In this document: positions 38,701-49,078 of the stretch, piece after piece
Layout of the letters: each line of letters starts with the position of its first letter
Position numbering within the stretch: position 1 is the stretch's first letter
The notes under the pieces: generated by a model
What the model was told of the DNA's origin: nothing
What the model saw: only the letters and a program-made list of their open reading frames with translations
The model's database searches: none
Virus record (IMG/VR): IMGVR_UViG_3300035682_001186
Span: 45,271-109,270 of that record
DNA length: 64,000 nt
Reading direction: 5' to 3' (one strand)
Origin: a virus
Program-made: the position numbers and the translations under genes

Positions 38701-41700
38701 CATTCTTTTGGAGTGATATGTTGTATACTGGAAGTCCATATAGAACCAACAGTTATCCATTTAATGTTTCATTATCTACTATTACATTACCAACATATAG
38801 AACTTATGATTTTACATCAGCGAACTATTATGGTTTAGCTGTTTATATTACTACTACAGTTAATGGTCAACTAGTTACTAATCAATTGATACGTGGTGTG
38901 GATTATGTTGTTAATAATATTAGTCCAAATTTAACAGTAACATATAACATTGTTGCTGGTGATACAATTACAGTTAATGAATACAATCAAACATATGGTA
39001 CATATTGTCCAAACACACCAACTAAACTAGGATTATATCCAAGTTTTATTCCTGAAGTTATCTTAGATAATACTTATACTATCCCAACTTATTTTATTTT
39101 AGGTCATGATGGTAGTTATACAAAACTTTATGGTAATTATATTAACGGTCAGTTAACTGATTTCCGTGATAAAGTTTTATTAGAATTTGAAACTAGAATT
39201 TACAATAACTTAAAAGTTTCTGGTGATATACCATTATCAGCAGATGAAGTTATTCCAGGACAATTTAGAACCACTGATTATTCACAAAGTGAAATATTAG
39301 ATATATATAGAACAAATTTCTTAAAATGGGTTGGTTTAAATCGTATTGATTATAAAACACAACAATACAATAGATCAAATCAATTTTCATATAATTATAA
39401 TAAGAGTACTAACATACTTAACAATGAATTGTTAAAACAAGGTTATTGGAGAGGTGTATATAATTGGTTCTATGATACTAGTGATCCAGCAAATGCGCCA
39501 TGGGAAATGTTAGGATTAACCAGTGAACCAACTTGGTGGACTGATAGATACGGTGCTGCTCCATATACTAGTGATAATACATATATGTGGCAAGAAATTA
39601 GTGAAGGTTATGTATGGAATAATGGTGATAGTTATATTAATCCATTTAAAATCAGACCAGAATTATTAAGTGTATTGCCAGTAAATCCGGCTGGAACATT
39701 ACAATCACCATTACCAATTGTAGTTGGTAATTATGATTCATTTACATTTGAACGTAATTGGATTGTAGGAGATCAAGGGCCGGCAGAAACTGCATATCTA
39801 CGCAGTAGTTCATATCCATTTGATTTAATGCGTATATTAGCATTAACTAAACCAGCAAAATTCTTTAACTTAAATGTTGATCGTGATTTGTACAAATATA
39901 ATAAAGAATTCAATCAATATCTATACAATGATCGTTATCATTTGAATCCTAGAGAGATTCAAGTTTATGGATATGACGAATCCACTTCTCAAGGCGTGTC
40001 CAAGGCATCGTATATTAATTGGGTAGTAGACTATATCAATCAACGTGGTGTTAATGGTACAACTGAAGTTACTACAACCTTGAAAAATCTAGATGTCAGA
40101 CTAACATATAATATGGCTGGATTTAGTAGTAAACAATACTTAAAATTTTTGATTGAAAAATCAACACCGAATACTCAAAATACAACATTGTTAATTCCAG
40201 ACAATAGTTATAGTGTGTTGTTATACGATAATGTACCAGAAGATAAAATTGTATATAGTTCAGTTATTGTACAACGTACTAGTGCGGGTTATACAGTTTG
40301 GGGAAATAGTCAAAGCGATCCATTCTTTACGGTATCAGTACCTAAAGCTGGATTTACAAAAACATTAAGTGTGAATAATCTGTCAGTGACAGTTAGTAGT
40401 GAATTTTATACAGACAAAACTATTACAATACCATATGGTAATTTATATTATACTACTCAGGGAGTTAGTGAATTTATTAAATCATATGGACAGTATCTAG
40501 TAGATCAAGGTATGATTTTTGGTTATGTAATTGATACTATAACCTATGACTGGGATCAAATGATTCGTGAGTTTTTGCATTGGGCAGAACAAAGTTGGGA
40601 AGTTGGTAGTACTATCAATTTAAACCCATCTGCTAAAATTGCCACTGTAAATAGACCAGGATTAGTGGTTCAACCGTTGACAATTCAACAAGATAATTTT
40701 ATTTTAAATCAAAATCTAATACCATTACAAAGTCAAAATGCTAGTATTGTAAGAGAAAATGAAAGTTTTACAGTTGGTGTATTAACTGACGGAGATAGTG
40801 TAGCCTTTACAAATCTTAATTTGGCTAGTATGGAACACGCAGTAGTGTTTGATAATTCTACCATATTCAATGATACCATTTATGATTTAGTTACTGGATT
40901 ACGTCAACAAAGATTGGTATTACAGGGTTATAAATCAGGTGAATGGAATGGATATGTTAATGCCAGTGGATTTATTATCAATGAAGATAATATTCAAGAA
41001 TGGGTACCTAACATCAAATATGCTAGTGGGAAAATTGTAACTTATAAAAATCAATATTGGGTTGCTAATCAATTGATTCAACCACAAGCAGAATTCTTTA
41101 ATGAACAATGGACTCAAACAACATACGATAAAATTAAAACTGGATTATTACCTAATCCAAGTACCAATGCATATGAAAGTTTATATTACTATGATAGTAC
41201 TAGAGCAAACTTTGAACTAGATGCCGATCTATTATCATTTAGTTTGATAGGTTATAGACCAAGACAATATTTGGCTGATGCCGAATTAAGTGATATTACT
41301 CAAATTGGTGTATATAAAAACATCATTAAAGAAAAAGGAACTAACTTAATTGCTAATGCTTTTAAGAGTGCAAACTTAACTCAGGGTAAAATTGATTACA
41401 ATGTAAAAGAAAATTGGGCAATTAAAACCAGTGTATTTGGTAGCGTATCTAACAGTAATTTTGTTGAATGTTTATTACTTCAGAATGAACTAACTGGTAA
41501 TCCAACACTATTAGGATTCTCAGATAATGGATCTGTAAGCGGAGTTCAACAAACAGTATTGATGAATGATATCATCAACTGGAATATGCCACCAACATCT
41601 GCAAATTTCTTACCGCCATTTAATGACGTTTATTCATATGAACGTGGTTTACCAAGCGCAGGATATGTCAATCTAAATGATGTAAAATTTAAAGCGTTTG

Positions 41701-44700
41701 AACTTACTGATTTAAATAATACATTTGATACTACCAATATTGACACGTTGAATCGTGGTGATAATATTTGGGTTGCCAAATATCGTGGAAGTTGGAATGT
41801 ATTTACTCCACAAACAGTAAACACACAAGTAATAAGTATCATTAATAATTTAAATAATACAATTACTGTTAACTTTGGTAAAAATCCAAATTTGGCAAAA
41901 AATGATCCAATTGCAATTAGTAATTTTGATTCTAGAATCAATGGTTATTATGAAGTTCTATCAGTGAATTCATTAACTAGTGTAATTATTTCAAAAGCAT
42001 TGGATAATGCTGTATTACAATTACAAGGTAATGGTATAGCCTTTAAACTAGTATCTAGAAGATTTACTCAAGCTAGCGATCAAGTATATAGTACGGTATT
42101 CAATAGTGAATATTATACCAAAAAATCTTGGATTGATAGAGATACAGACAATCAGTGGGCTGTATGGTCATGTGGTCCAGATTATACTGAGTTTAATATT
42201 GACTCTACAGAATTGAATTTACAAGATTTGGGTAGTAGTGTTGCATACAGTACAGAAATAGGTTATGTTGGGGCCAGTGCAATTGATGGAACAATTTATC
42301 GTTATTATACTGACACTACTGGTCAAACTATAACTCAAACTATATCTCAACCTTCTTCAACATTTGGCACAGCCATGGTTGCAGTAGATGAATACTTGTA
42401 TGTCAGCGATGCACTTAATAATAAAGTTTATGTGTATAAGGTAAATTATCCAAGTAATTTTATCACATTACAAACAATTATTAATCAGATTACCACTGGA
42501 CAAATAACAGTTAGTGCTGATAATCAATGGGTATATATTTCCGATGTGGAAACAAAAACTATTGCAGTTTGGGCATTAATGACTAGTGGTGATTATGAAT
42601 ATGTTAGTACTATTACTGGTCCAAGTACTGCTACGGGATTTGGTACTTCAATCACTACTAGTATAGATGGAGTTAAATTAATTGTAGGTGCACCATTAGA
42701 AAGTTTAGTAACAAGTGGATCAACTCAATTAACTGGTTCTGGCGCAGCTTATGTATATACTAGAAGTGTACAAAGATTCATGTCAAATGGTACAAGTACT
42801 ACATACACAGTTAATGGAACTATTCCTAATGCAATTGCTGATGTCTTAGTTGATGATGTATTAACTAATGATGTATCTGTTTATGCTAATGGTTCAGTGG
42901 TATTTACTATTGCTCCAATTTATGGTAGTATTATTGAAGTAAGTTATGGAGAAATGAATCTTGTTACTCAATTATTAAGTAGCAATCCGATAGTTGGCGG
43001 TAACTTTGGTACTAGTGTATCAACCAACAAATTTGGAGCTCAATTAGTAATTGGATGTCCAAGTGAATTACAAACTGTTAATAATATATCAAACGTTCAA
43101 GGTGCAGTATATCGTTTCACCAATGGTGGTCAACAATATGGTTCAGTAGTTGGATCAGTTAGTGGCACCGCATCTGGATACATTTTCATTGATGGATTTA
43201 AAGTAACTTATTCTGGCACTGCAGATCAAATAGCTCAATCAATTAATACTCAAACTCCAACCAATATTATAGCTGTTGCTAGTGGTAATATACTTCAAAT
43301 TGGAGTTATAAACAATACAGTAGAAACTATTAATAATATTATTGATATTACTGGACCAGAAGAATACATTACTAATTTGGGATTAACATTGTATGTTAAT
43401 ACACAAGTAATAGTTAATCCAAATTTACCAACAATTGGAAGTTTTGGAAAAGTAGTATCTATGGGAACTCGTGACAGTATGGTAGTCAGTGATCCAACTG
43501 CTACAGTGTATGCTGAAACAACATTTGATTATAATATAGTTGACCCAACCGTATGTAATCCTATAGTATCAATTGACAATTTTACTATTTTTGATCACGG
43601 TGCTACGGCGTTTATTGACACATTTGCAAACACTGGAGTAGTATATGAATTTGACTATCTACCAGCTGCGGATGAAAGCATTATTAATCCTGGAAAATAT
43701 GTATTTGGTCAATTTATTCAAAGTATAGATAGAACTGGAATAGCAAATACTCCAAAATTTGGAACCAGTGTAGTTGATAATGATGGTGTAATAGTTGTAG
43801 GTGCTCCAAATTGGTATAGTACTGGTACTGGAAGAATTTTTGGATATGTTAACTATTGTCAAACTAGTAGTTGGTACATAGATAAGAAACCATTACCAAT
43901 GGTCTCAGTTGAACGTTTAAATAATATATCTATCTATGATACTATTAGTAATAATACATTAGATTATCTAGATTATATTGATCCAGTACAAGGAAAATTA
44001 TTAGGTGCAGTTGAAACAAATTTAGATTATATAAGTTCAACTAACCCAGCCACATATTCTGATGGAATAGTGTGGAGTTTTGAACATGTTGGTACTACAT
44101 GGCTTGATACAACAAGTATTAGAATGTTGAATTATAATCAACCAAGTGTGTCATATAACTCTAAAAATTGGGGTAAAGCATTTCCTGGAAGTACAGCCGA
44201 TATATATACTTGGATAGGAAGTTCATTCCCACCAATTCAATATAGTGGTAGTGGATTCGTAGTTGATTTTAATAATTATACTACAGTTAAAAGTTTAGAT
44301 CGCTCAACCAATGCTATTGTTGTTGACTATTTTTTCTGGGTTAAAAATTATAATTTTATTCCACCGGGAAAAACACTAAGTCCATTGACGTTAAGTCAAT
44401 ATATACTTAACCCACTTAATAGCGGAATAAGTTTCTTAGGTGCAATTACTACTAACGTTGTTGGATTGTTTAATTGTGAAAGTAGTATTAATGCGGCCAG
44501 TAGTGCACTACATATTGGTTACAGTATTGGTAATACACCAGATCAAAAACATCAAAGTTGGACATTAATTCAAGAAAATAATGCAACTGATTTCTTAACT
44601 GGATTCCCAACAGAAAGTCAACCAAATCCAATTGGATTATATTCAAAATATTTAGATAGTTTTGCTGGACAAAATCGTCTTGGAATATATATACCAAATT

Positions 44701-47700
44701 CAAAATTACCAATTTTGACTCGTTATGGTATTGATTATTCACAAAGTATGTTTATAAATCGTCCATTGGCACTACAAAATTATATTACATATGCTAATGA
44801 AGTTTTAATAAAATTACCTATTGCTGAAACTCGCAGTTTATATTTCTTAAATCAAGTCGGAGTTGGATATGATACAAGAGATTACTGGTCATATACTGAT
44901 TGGTGGGCAACTGGATATAGTAGTAGTACAAAGATTGTACTTGAAGTAAACACTGTTACTGATCTACAAACACTACAACCAAATCAAATACTTCCAGGAA
45001 CAGAACAAATTGTTATTGGACTATCAGATGGCATCATTGTAAAAGTAAAAGCCAATGCACAAGGTAATAGTGAAACTTGGACATGGTATGCGGCTACTGG
45101 ATGGGACAGAATAGGTTTACAAAACGGTACAATTCAAATTTCAGAAACATTATATAATACCCCAGTTCATTGGGATATTGGTGGTTGGGATATTGGATTA
45201 TATGATGATACAGTATATGAAGAAACTTATTGGATCATTCGTTGGTTAAACGAAGAAGCTTATATAGAAGATTTGTTGATTGAACGTAATAATAGTTTAA
45301 TATTAATGTTTAATTATATTCAAAGCGAATCACTAGAACAACAAAATTATCTTACATGGCTCAACAAAACCAGTTTGATTGATGTAACTCATACTGTTCG
45401 TAAATTATTACCATACAAGAAATTTCAAAGAGATAATCAGGAATTCTTGAGTGGATATTTGAATGAAATTAAACCATTTCACGTTAAAATTAAAGACTTC
45501 TTATATGTATATCCGGGACAAGATACGTTCTTGGGCGATGTAACTGACTTTGATTTACCGGCAAAATTTGTACCAAGTGTGGGACAATTTGAAACTCCAC
45601 AATTAGTATATACTACTCCAGAATTATATACACCAGAATATTTATCTACTAGTACAGTATGGCAATCGCCTGAATATACTCAATGGATTGAAAATTATGG
45701 TTTAAGTATTACAAATGAAAAAGGTCTTTATAATTTAACATCATTATCGGCATATATTACTTCAACTGCAACAATTATACCAGTTAAAAATACATATGGT
45801 ATGCCTGATGCTGGATTTATATATATTGGCGCTGAGAAAATTTCTTACAGTAATGTTGATAAGTTACAAAACGTTTTAACAGATATACAACGAGGAATTG
45901 AATCAACTCCAACTGATCATTATCCAAATGATATAGTTAGTGCCATATTACCAGCGGTAATTGTATTAGATAAAGCACGTGGATATGTAAATCCACCAGT
46001 GATTACTGTTATTAATAACAGTGCTTATCCTGAACCAAGAACTGTTGCTCAGCTAGTTCCAAATATGGTTAACGAATCATTGATATCAGTTCAGGTATTT
46101 AATTCTGGATCTGGTTACGCTACACAACCAATGATTGAAATTGAAAGTAGTTCAATATCTTCTACGTTTGTCAGTACTGATGTTAATATTGTATTCAATA
46201 CTATTACAGTAGTAGATCATAGTTTTGAAACTGGTGATTCTATTAAGTATTCAATTGGTTTAAATACAGTATCTCCACTTGGATTAATTAATAATAGTTA
46301 CTATTATGTAAGAGTTATTGACGTTAATACTATTGCACTTTATTATTCAGTTAAGGGTGCTTATAACATTGACAAAACTAGTTTGATGGATACTGAACGT
46401 GTTCAATTAGAAACACAAGGTTCTGGAACTGAAAATACAGTGGCAGTTACGGCCAGAGTAGCATTACTAACTTCAAGTCAACCTGTTAGAGAATTAATGA
46501 CTACTATTAAATTTGATAGAACAAGTTATGGTAGTTTAATTACTGAATGGATTAGTGGTACTATATATGCAGGAGAATTTACTGATATTGGAAAACTATC
46601 AAGTTCAACATTATTAGCGGCGTCAAGTAGTCCATGGGAATATTTGTCATGGAATGGAACAAATTGGGATGCTGATTTATTAGCATCAGCACAGGGTGCA
46701 TCATTACCTATAGTACAAGTTAGAAATTCATATTCATATAATGGACCAGTAATTGTAGAATTAAATTATGGATATACACCTGTAACTCCAGGACAATTAA
46801 CTGGTCAAAAAATTACTGCCTATAAAGTTAGTTCAGGATGGGATATTAATGATTGGGATGCAGAAGACTGGGATCTTACTTATCTTGAATGGATTGATCC
46901 AATTGATTACTATGTAAAAGTTATTTCTACAACATTAGTAGAAATATACTATGATCCATTATTTAATTTGCCAGTAAAACTTGTTGACTTTAATTACACT
47001 GTTAATGACGTATTATTCTTAAAAGAACCATTTACATTTAGTAAAAGTTTAGTGACATATGCGGGAAAATTATATCAATGTATAGTTAGTAATAATGATA
47101 CAATATTTGACTATAGTAAGTGGGAACAAATTTATAGTAATAATTCAATATTGAATGCTGCTGATAGAATTGCTGCTTTTTACGAACCAACTGCTAATAT
47201 GACGGGACGTGATCTTAGACAGTTAATGAGTGGTGTAGTTTATCCTAACGCTACTACACTTGGAACGCCGTTTAATTATAATGATGGTGAATTATATGAT
47301 TCAGTTGGTTATGGATATTCGTCATATGATGTTAATTCAACAGCCGAAATTGATACAAATCTTCAATCGCCAGATTTTAACTATAATCAATTGACTAACC
47401 CAACTACATATGATGTACAGGGTGGATCATTTAATGACGGTTATGGCCCAGAAGAATTGATTCCTGGTTTAATCACTGATTTCTTAGAATTCAATGTTAC
47501 TACTGATCCAACAACATTAAGTCCGGGTGAATATTTGAACTTTAGAATTCAAGTTGGTAAATTTGGTACAGATTCTGCTTATAACGTTAATCCATATAGT
47601 AATATATACACAACTACAGTTTATAATACTAATCCATATACTCAAACATATTTGACTCAAGATTTTGTCAGTACTAATAGTATAAGTGATGTATTACATG

Positions 47701-48242
47701 TCAATGATGCCAGTAAATTGGTAGCAACAATTGTTGAACCAGTTACCACTGACAGTAATGGAGTTGCATATATTTTAAGTGTGGCACAGTATATGACTGC
47801 ATATCCAATATTAAGTATTCCGAATGCATTTACATATGAATATGTCAATTATAATGATATCAAGTTAACTATTAGCGGTATTACTAGTCCGACATTGTTA
47901 TATGTTACCATTAGTGAAGGTAATATGTTGTTGGTTAATAGCGAATATATTCAATTTACTAATATTGATTTGGCAACTGACACTTTAAGTGGTTTATTAC
48001 GTGGTAGAAATGGTACTATTACTAATGAGTTTATTGAATCTGGTACTATAGTTCAAAGTGTATTAATTAGAGATAGATTACCACAACAATATTACTTTCA
48101 ATGGTGGTATGATTATTATGAAGGATGGGATATGTATGATTGGGAGGCAGAAGACTGGGATATTAATGGTCCATTGAGTCAAACTTTAGATCAAAGCACT
48201 ACAGTTTCTGCACTTTTCTTAAAGAGAGTAGTGGCACCATGA
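35730..48242 (+). CDS. Giant baseplate/wedge structural protein (4170 aa, gp7-like position)
   Basis: Follows gp6; N-terminal LDFLPEVFRT..N.QFLSATLDQL; FG-GAP-like propeller repeats; YLNEIKPFHVKI; Trp-Asp repeats. Confidence 0.7.
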   Translation: MATKIRSLDFLPEVFRTDSNAQFLSATLDQLVQQPDLRRVEGFIGQKYGYSINPTDRYVVEPTKVRYDYQLDPSVVFLKTETQTAKDFINYPGLLNALQNNGAITNNNDRLFESEYYSWDSFADLDKIVNYSQYYWLPYGPDAVTVSTNTIYLSDNYNITYSDTGYTINNSVQKNPSITLLRGGTYTFEVNQSSQFWIQGVPGLSGYGLSPNTSTRDVLGVENNGDSIGTVTFTVPAKDAQSEYDLPGNNTVDLVTTLTYAQINGQTAASIGNIDGVTQLNGRTLMFYNNDEAGSSQTYFYSISVNISTNIVTLTQGIGIPNSQKITVTSGTTYVGRTFYRDGTGTIKLIPYLSAVLDTLYYQDGSNPLNVGVINLIENNTTNSINIDQILGKKNYTSPNGVTFINGLKVIFEGTTVPSTYQNNEYYVEGVGTAINLLLVNDYRSVESDEPGTYYPWDYYNWDDKEWDQSNNVPLYPDYLTINRNSRDLNAWSRSNRWFNIQVINATIEKNGQLTSIIGNTSTRAQRPIIEFYGNLGLYNSGTKFLDFVSLFDNTTIDAFTEIVGQPAYTIDGQPLLSGQTIIFNHDDNSLVRKNVYEVSFVPTGPGNSNVIALNIVETAQDKNQVTIISGTVRKSTSWRFNSVDSTWIQCQQKSTVNQAPLYDIYDINGISLSDQLYYNGSTFAGTKLFSYTDGTGKVDPILGFPISYSSTVSIGDINFTVNLNKDLFYYQQSDSVVEEKINIGYVYDYLTPDVPTKKTGWVTAFTQSFQSQVFEFTVNQETQSRFTCDVVVKTDTVIDPHHVYVNDVSLDEDTAYSHVIDLNNNTTTIILNTPAIRGNKVTVTLLSDQVSRTGYYEIPSNLQNNPFNTDITNVDVGDIKNQYDTIFENTVGVTGQVFGPNNVYNLGNLNRFGTAIIQNSASLVLPGVFLRKPGFNLFEALQFNSDQYTNFKSLLINLTDQNDFTVYTTPATMLDTILYQIASTRNSTNSFFWSDMLYTGSPYRTNSYPFNVSLSTITLPTYRTYDFTSANYYGLAVYITTTVNGQLVTNQLIRGVDYVVNNISPNLTVTYNIVAGDTITVNEYNQTYGTYCPNTPTKLGLYPSFIPEVILDNTYTIPTYFILGHDGSYTKLYGNYINGQLTDFRDKVLLEFETRIYNNLKVSGDIPLSADEVIPGQFRTTDYSQSEILDIYRTNFLKWVGLNRIDYKTQQYNRSNQFSYNYNKSTNILNNELLKQGYWRGVYNWFYDTSDPANAPWEMLGLTSEPTWWTDRYGAAPYTSDNTYMWQEISEGYVWNNGDSYINPFKIRPELLSVLPVNPAGTLQSPLPIVVGNYDSFTFERNWIVGDQGPAETAYLRSSSYPFDLMRILALTKPAKFFNLNVDRDLYKYNKEFNQYLYNDRYHLNPREIQVYGYDESTSQGVSKASYINWVVDYINQRGVNGTTEVTTTLKNLDVRLTYNMAGFSSKQYLKFLIEKSTPNTQNTTLLIPDNSYSVLLYDNVPEDKIVYSSVIVQRTSAGYTVWGNSQSDPFFTVSVPKAGFTKTLSVNNLSVTVSSEFYTDKTITIPYGNLYYTTQGVSEFIKSYGQYLVDQGMIFGYVIDTITYDWDQMIREFLHWAEQSWEVGSTINLNPSAKIATVNRPGLVVQPLTIQQDNFILNQNLIPLQSQNASIVRENESFTVGVLTDGDSVAFTNLNLASMEHAVVFDNSTIFNDTIYDLVTGLRQQRLVLQGYKSGEWNGYVNASGFIINEDNIQEWVPNIKYASGKIVTYKNQYWVANQLIQPQAEFFNEQWTQTTYDKIKTGLLPNPSTNAYESLYYYDSTRANFELDADLLSFSLIGYRPRQYLADAELSDITQIGVYKNIIKEKGTNLIANAFKSANLTQGKIDYNVKENWAIKTSVFGSVSNSNFVECLLLQNELTGNPTLLGFSDNGSVSGVQQTVLMNDIINWNMPPTSANFLPPFNDVYSYERGLPSAGYVNLNDVKFKAFELTDLNNTFDTTNIDTLNRGDNIWVAKYRGSWNVFTPQTVNTQVISIINNLNNTITVNFGKNPNLAKNDPIAISNFDSRINGYYEVLSVNSLTSVIISKALDNAVLQLQGNGIAFKLVSRRFTQASDQVYSTVFNSEYYTKKSWIDRDTDNQWAVWSCGPDYTEFNIDSTELNLQDLGSSVAYSTEIGYVGASAIDGTIYRYYTDTTGQTITQTISQPSSTFGTAMVAVDEYLYVSDALNNKVYVYKVNYPSNFITLQTIINQITTGQITVSADNQWVYISDVETKTIAVWALMTSGDYEYVSTITGPSTATGFGTSITTSIDGVKLIVGAPLESLVTSGSTQLTGSGAAYVYTRSVQRFMSNGTSTTYTVNGTIPNAIADVLVDDVLTNDVSVYANGSVVFTIAPIYGSIIEVSYGEMNLVTQLLSSNPIVGGNFGTSVSTNKFGAQLVIGCPSELQTVNNISNVQGAVYRFTNGGQQYGSVVGSVSGTASGYIFIDGFKVTYSGTADQIAQSINTQTPTNIIAVASGNILQIGVINNTVETINNIIDITGPEEYITNLGLTLYVNTQVIVNPNLPTIGSFGKVVSMGTRDSMVVSDPTATVYAETTFDYNIVDPTVCNPIVSIDNFTIFDHGATAFIDTFANTGVVYEFDYLPAADESIINPGKYVFGQFIQSIDRTGIANTPKFGTSVVDNDGVIVVGAPNWYSTGTGRIFGYVNYCQTSSWYIDKKPLPMVSVERLNNISIYDTISNNTLDYLDYIDPVQGKLLGAVETNLDYISSTNPATYSDGIVWSFEHVGTTWLDTTSIRMLNYNQPSVSYNSKNWGKAFPGSTADIYTWIGSSFPPIQYSGSGFVVDFNNYTTVKSLDRSTNAIVVDYFFWVKNYNFIPPGKTLSPLTLSQYILNPLNSGISFLGAITTNVVGLFNCESSINAASSALHIGYSIGNTPDQKHQSWTLIQENNATDFLTGFPTESQPNPIGLYSKYLDSFAGQNRLGIYIPNSKLPILTRYGIDYSQSMFINRPLALQNYITYANEVLIKLPIAETRSLYFLNQVGVGYDTRDYWSYTDWWATGYSSSTKIVLEVNTVTDLQTLQPNQILPGTEQIVIGLSDGIIVKVKANAQGNSETWTWYAATGWDRIGLQNGTIQISETLYNTPVHWDIGGWDIGLYDDTVYEETYWIIRWLNEEAYIEDLLIERNNSLILMFNYIQSESLEQQNYLTWLNKTSLIDVTHTVRKLLPYKKFQRDNQEFLSGYLNEIKPFHVKIKDFLYVYPGQDTFLGDVTDFDLPAKFVPSVGQFETPQLVYTTPELYTPEYLSTSTVWQSPEYTQWIENYGLSITNEKGLYNLTSLSAYITSTATIIPVKNTYGMPDAGFIYIGAEKISYSNVDKLQNVLTDIQRGIESTPTDHYPNDIVSAILPAVIVLDKARGYVNPPVITVINNSAYPEPRTVAQLVPNMVNESLISVQVFNSGSGYATQPMIEIESSSISSTFVSTDVNIVFNTITVVDHSFETGDSIKYSIGLNTVSPLGLINNSYYYVRVIDVNTIALYYSVKGAYNIDKTSLMDTERVQLETQGSGTENTVAVTARVALLTSSQPVRELMTTIKFDRTSYGSLITEWISGTIYAGEFTDIGKLSSSTLLAASSSPWEYLSWNGTNWDADLLASAQGASLPIVQVRNSYSYNGPVIVELNYGYTPVTPGQLTGQKITAYKVSSGWDINDWDAEDWDLTYLEWIDPIDYYVKVISTTLVEIYYDPLFNLPVKLVDFNYTVNDVLFLKEPFTFSKSLVTYAGKLYQCIVSNNDTIFDYSKWEQIYSNNSILNAADRIAAFYEPTANMTGRDLRQLMSGVVYPNATTLGTPFNYNDGELYDSVGYGYSSYDVNSTAEIDTNLQSPDFNYNQLTNPTTYDVQGGSFNDGYGPEELIPGLITDFLEFNVTTDPTTLSPGEYLNFRIQVGKFGTDSAYNVNPYSNIYTTTVYNTNPYTQTYLTQDFVSTNSISDVLHVNDASKLVATIVEPVTTDSNGVAYILSVAQYMTAYPILSIPNAFTYEYVNYNDIKLTISGITSPTLLYVTISEGNMLLVNSEYIQFTNIDLATDTLSGLLRGRNGTITNEFIESGTIVQSVLIRDRLPQQYYFQWWYDYYEGWDMYDWEAEDWDINGPLSQTLDQSTTVSALFLKRVVAP

Positions 48243-48253
48243 CTAAATATAAC

Positions 48254-48409
48254 ATGAACACAAATAATGCATCTAAAGTAAGTCAAGAACAGAAACTAAG
48301 TTCACCGACTAAGAAACCAAACGAACAAGTAGGGTTTCATTTTAGTAGTTCAATGAAGATTACTGATCCAAAAACTGGAAAAGTACTTTTACAAATGAGA
48401 TGCGATTAA
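48254..48409 (+). CDS. Small (51 aa) tail protein resembling the N-terminus of the next gene
   Basis: Manual translation ...GFHFSSSMKITDPKTGKVLLQMRCD, similar to GFLKIHDPKSGEVF downstream; ACTAAATA immediately upstream. Confidence 0.6.
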   Translation: MNTNNASKVSQEQKLSSPTKKPNEQVGFHFSSSMKITDPKTGKVLLQMRCD

Positions 48410-48420
48410 CGGATATTACT

Positions 48421-49038
48421 ATGAAAACAAATATTACATTCGGAATTGAAGGTTTTCTGAAAATACATGATCCTAAATCTGGAGAAGTATTTTTTGACGA
48501 TCACAATGCAATAAATTACGAAAACATGTCAGAGGCTATGGCTTATACTTTAGCTGATCGTGGTAAAGGTACAATTTATCAAATGGCTTTTGGTAATGGT
48601 GCTGCTAGTATTGATAGTACTGGATTGATTACATATCTTCCACCTAATACTACTGGTCAAAATGCAGCATTATATAATCAAACATACGCTAAAATTGTTG
48701 ATGATACATTAATTTCAAATAATGATCCAACTAGAAACAATATGACAGTAAATCATGTAGTAGGTGAACTATATACTGATATTTTAGTACAATGTTTATT
48801 AGATTATGGTGAGCCAAGTGGTCAAGCCGCATTTGATAATGGTACAGATACAGATAGTACATATACATTTGACGAATTGGGATTATTAGCTAATTATGGT
48901 TTAGATGGTAATGGTAATGTATTAACTAGATTATTGACACATGTGGTGTTTGCACCAATTCAAAAATCACTAAATCGTCAAATTCAAATTGATTATACAG
49001 TAAGAATTCAGACGCTAACTAATTTGGTTACAATTTAA
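48421..49038 (+). CDS. Baseplate/tail structural protein
   Basis: MAFGNGA...FDELGL...LLTHVVF.PIQKSLNRQIQIDYTVRI; tail-module context; start placed at ATG 48421. Confidence 0.65.
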   Translation: MKTNITFGIEGFLKIHDPKSGEVFFDDHNAINYENMSEAMAYTLADRGKGTIYQMAFGNGAASIDSTGLITYLPPNTTGQNAALYNQTYAKIVDDTLISNNDPTRNNMTVNHVVGELYTDILVQCLLDYGEPSGQAAFDNGTDTDSTYTFDELGLLANYGLDGNGNVLTRLLTHVVFAPIQKSLNRQIQIDYTVRIQTLTNLVTI

Positions 49039-49078
49039 GATAAATAAACATATCAGAACTCAAAGGATTAATTAAATC

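Noticed and set aside
46839-48161. Diversity-generating retroelement TR/VR pair suggested by similar Trp-Asp repeats
   Set aside because: Repeats are short, both lie within one coding sequence, differences are not confined to adenines, and no reverse transcriptase is in the window
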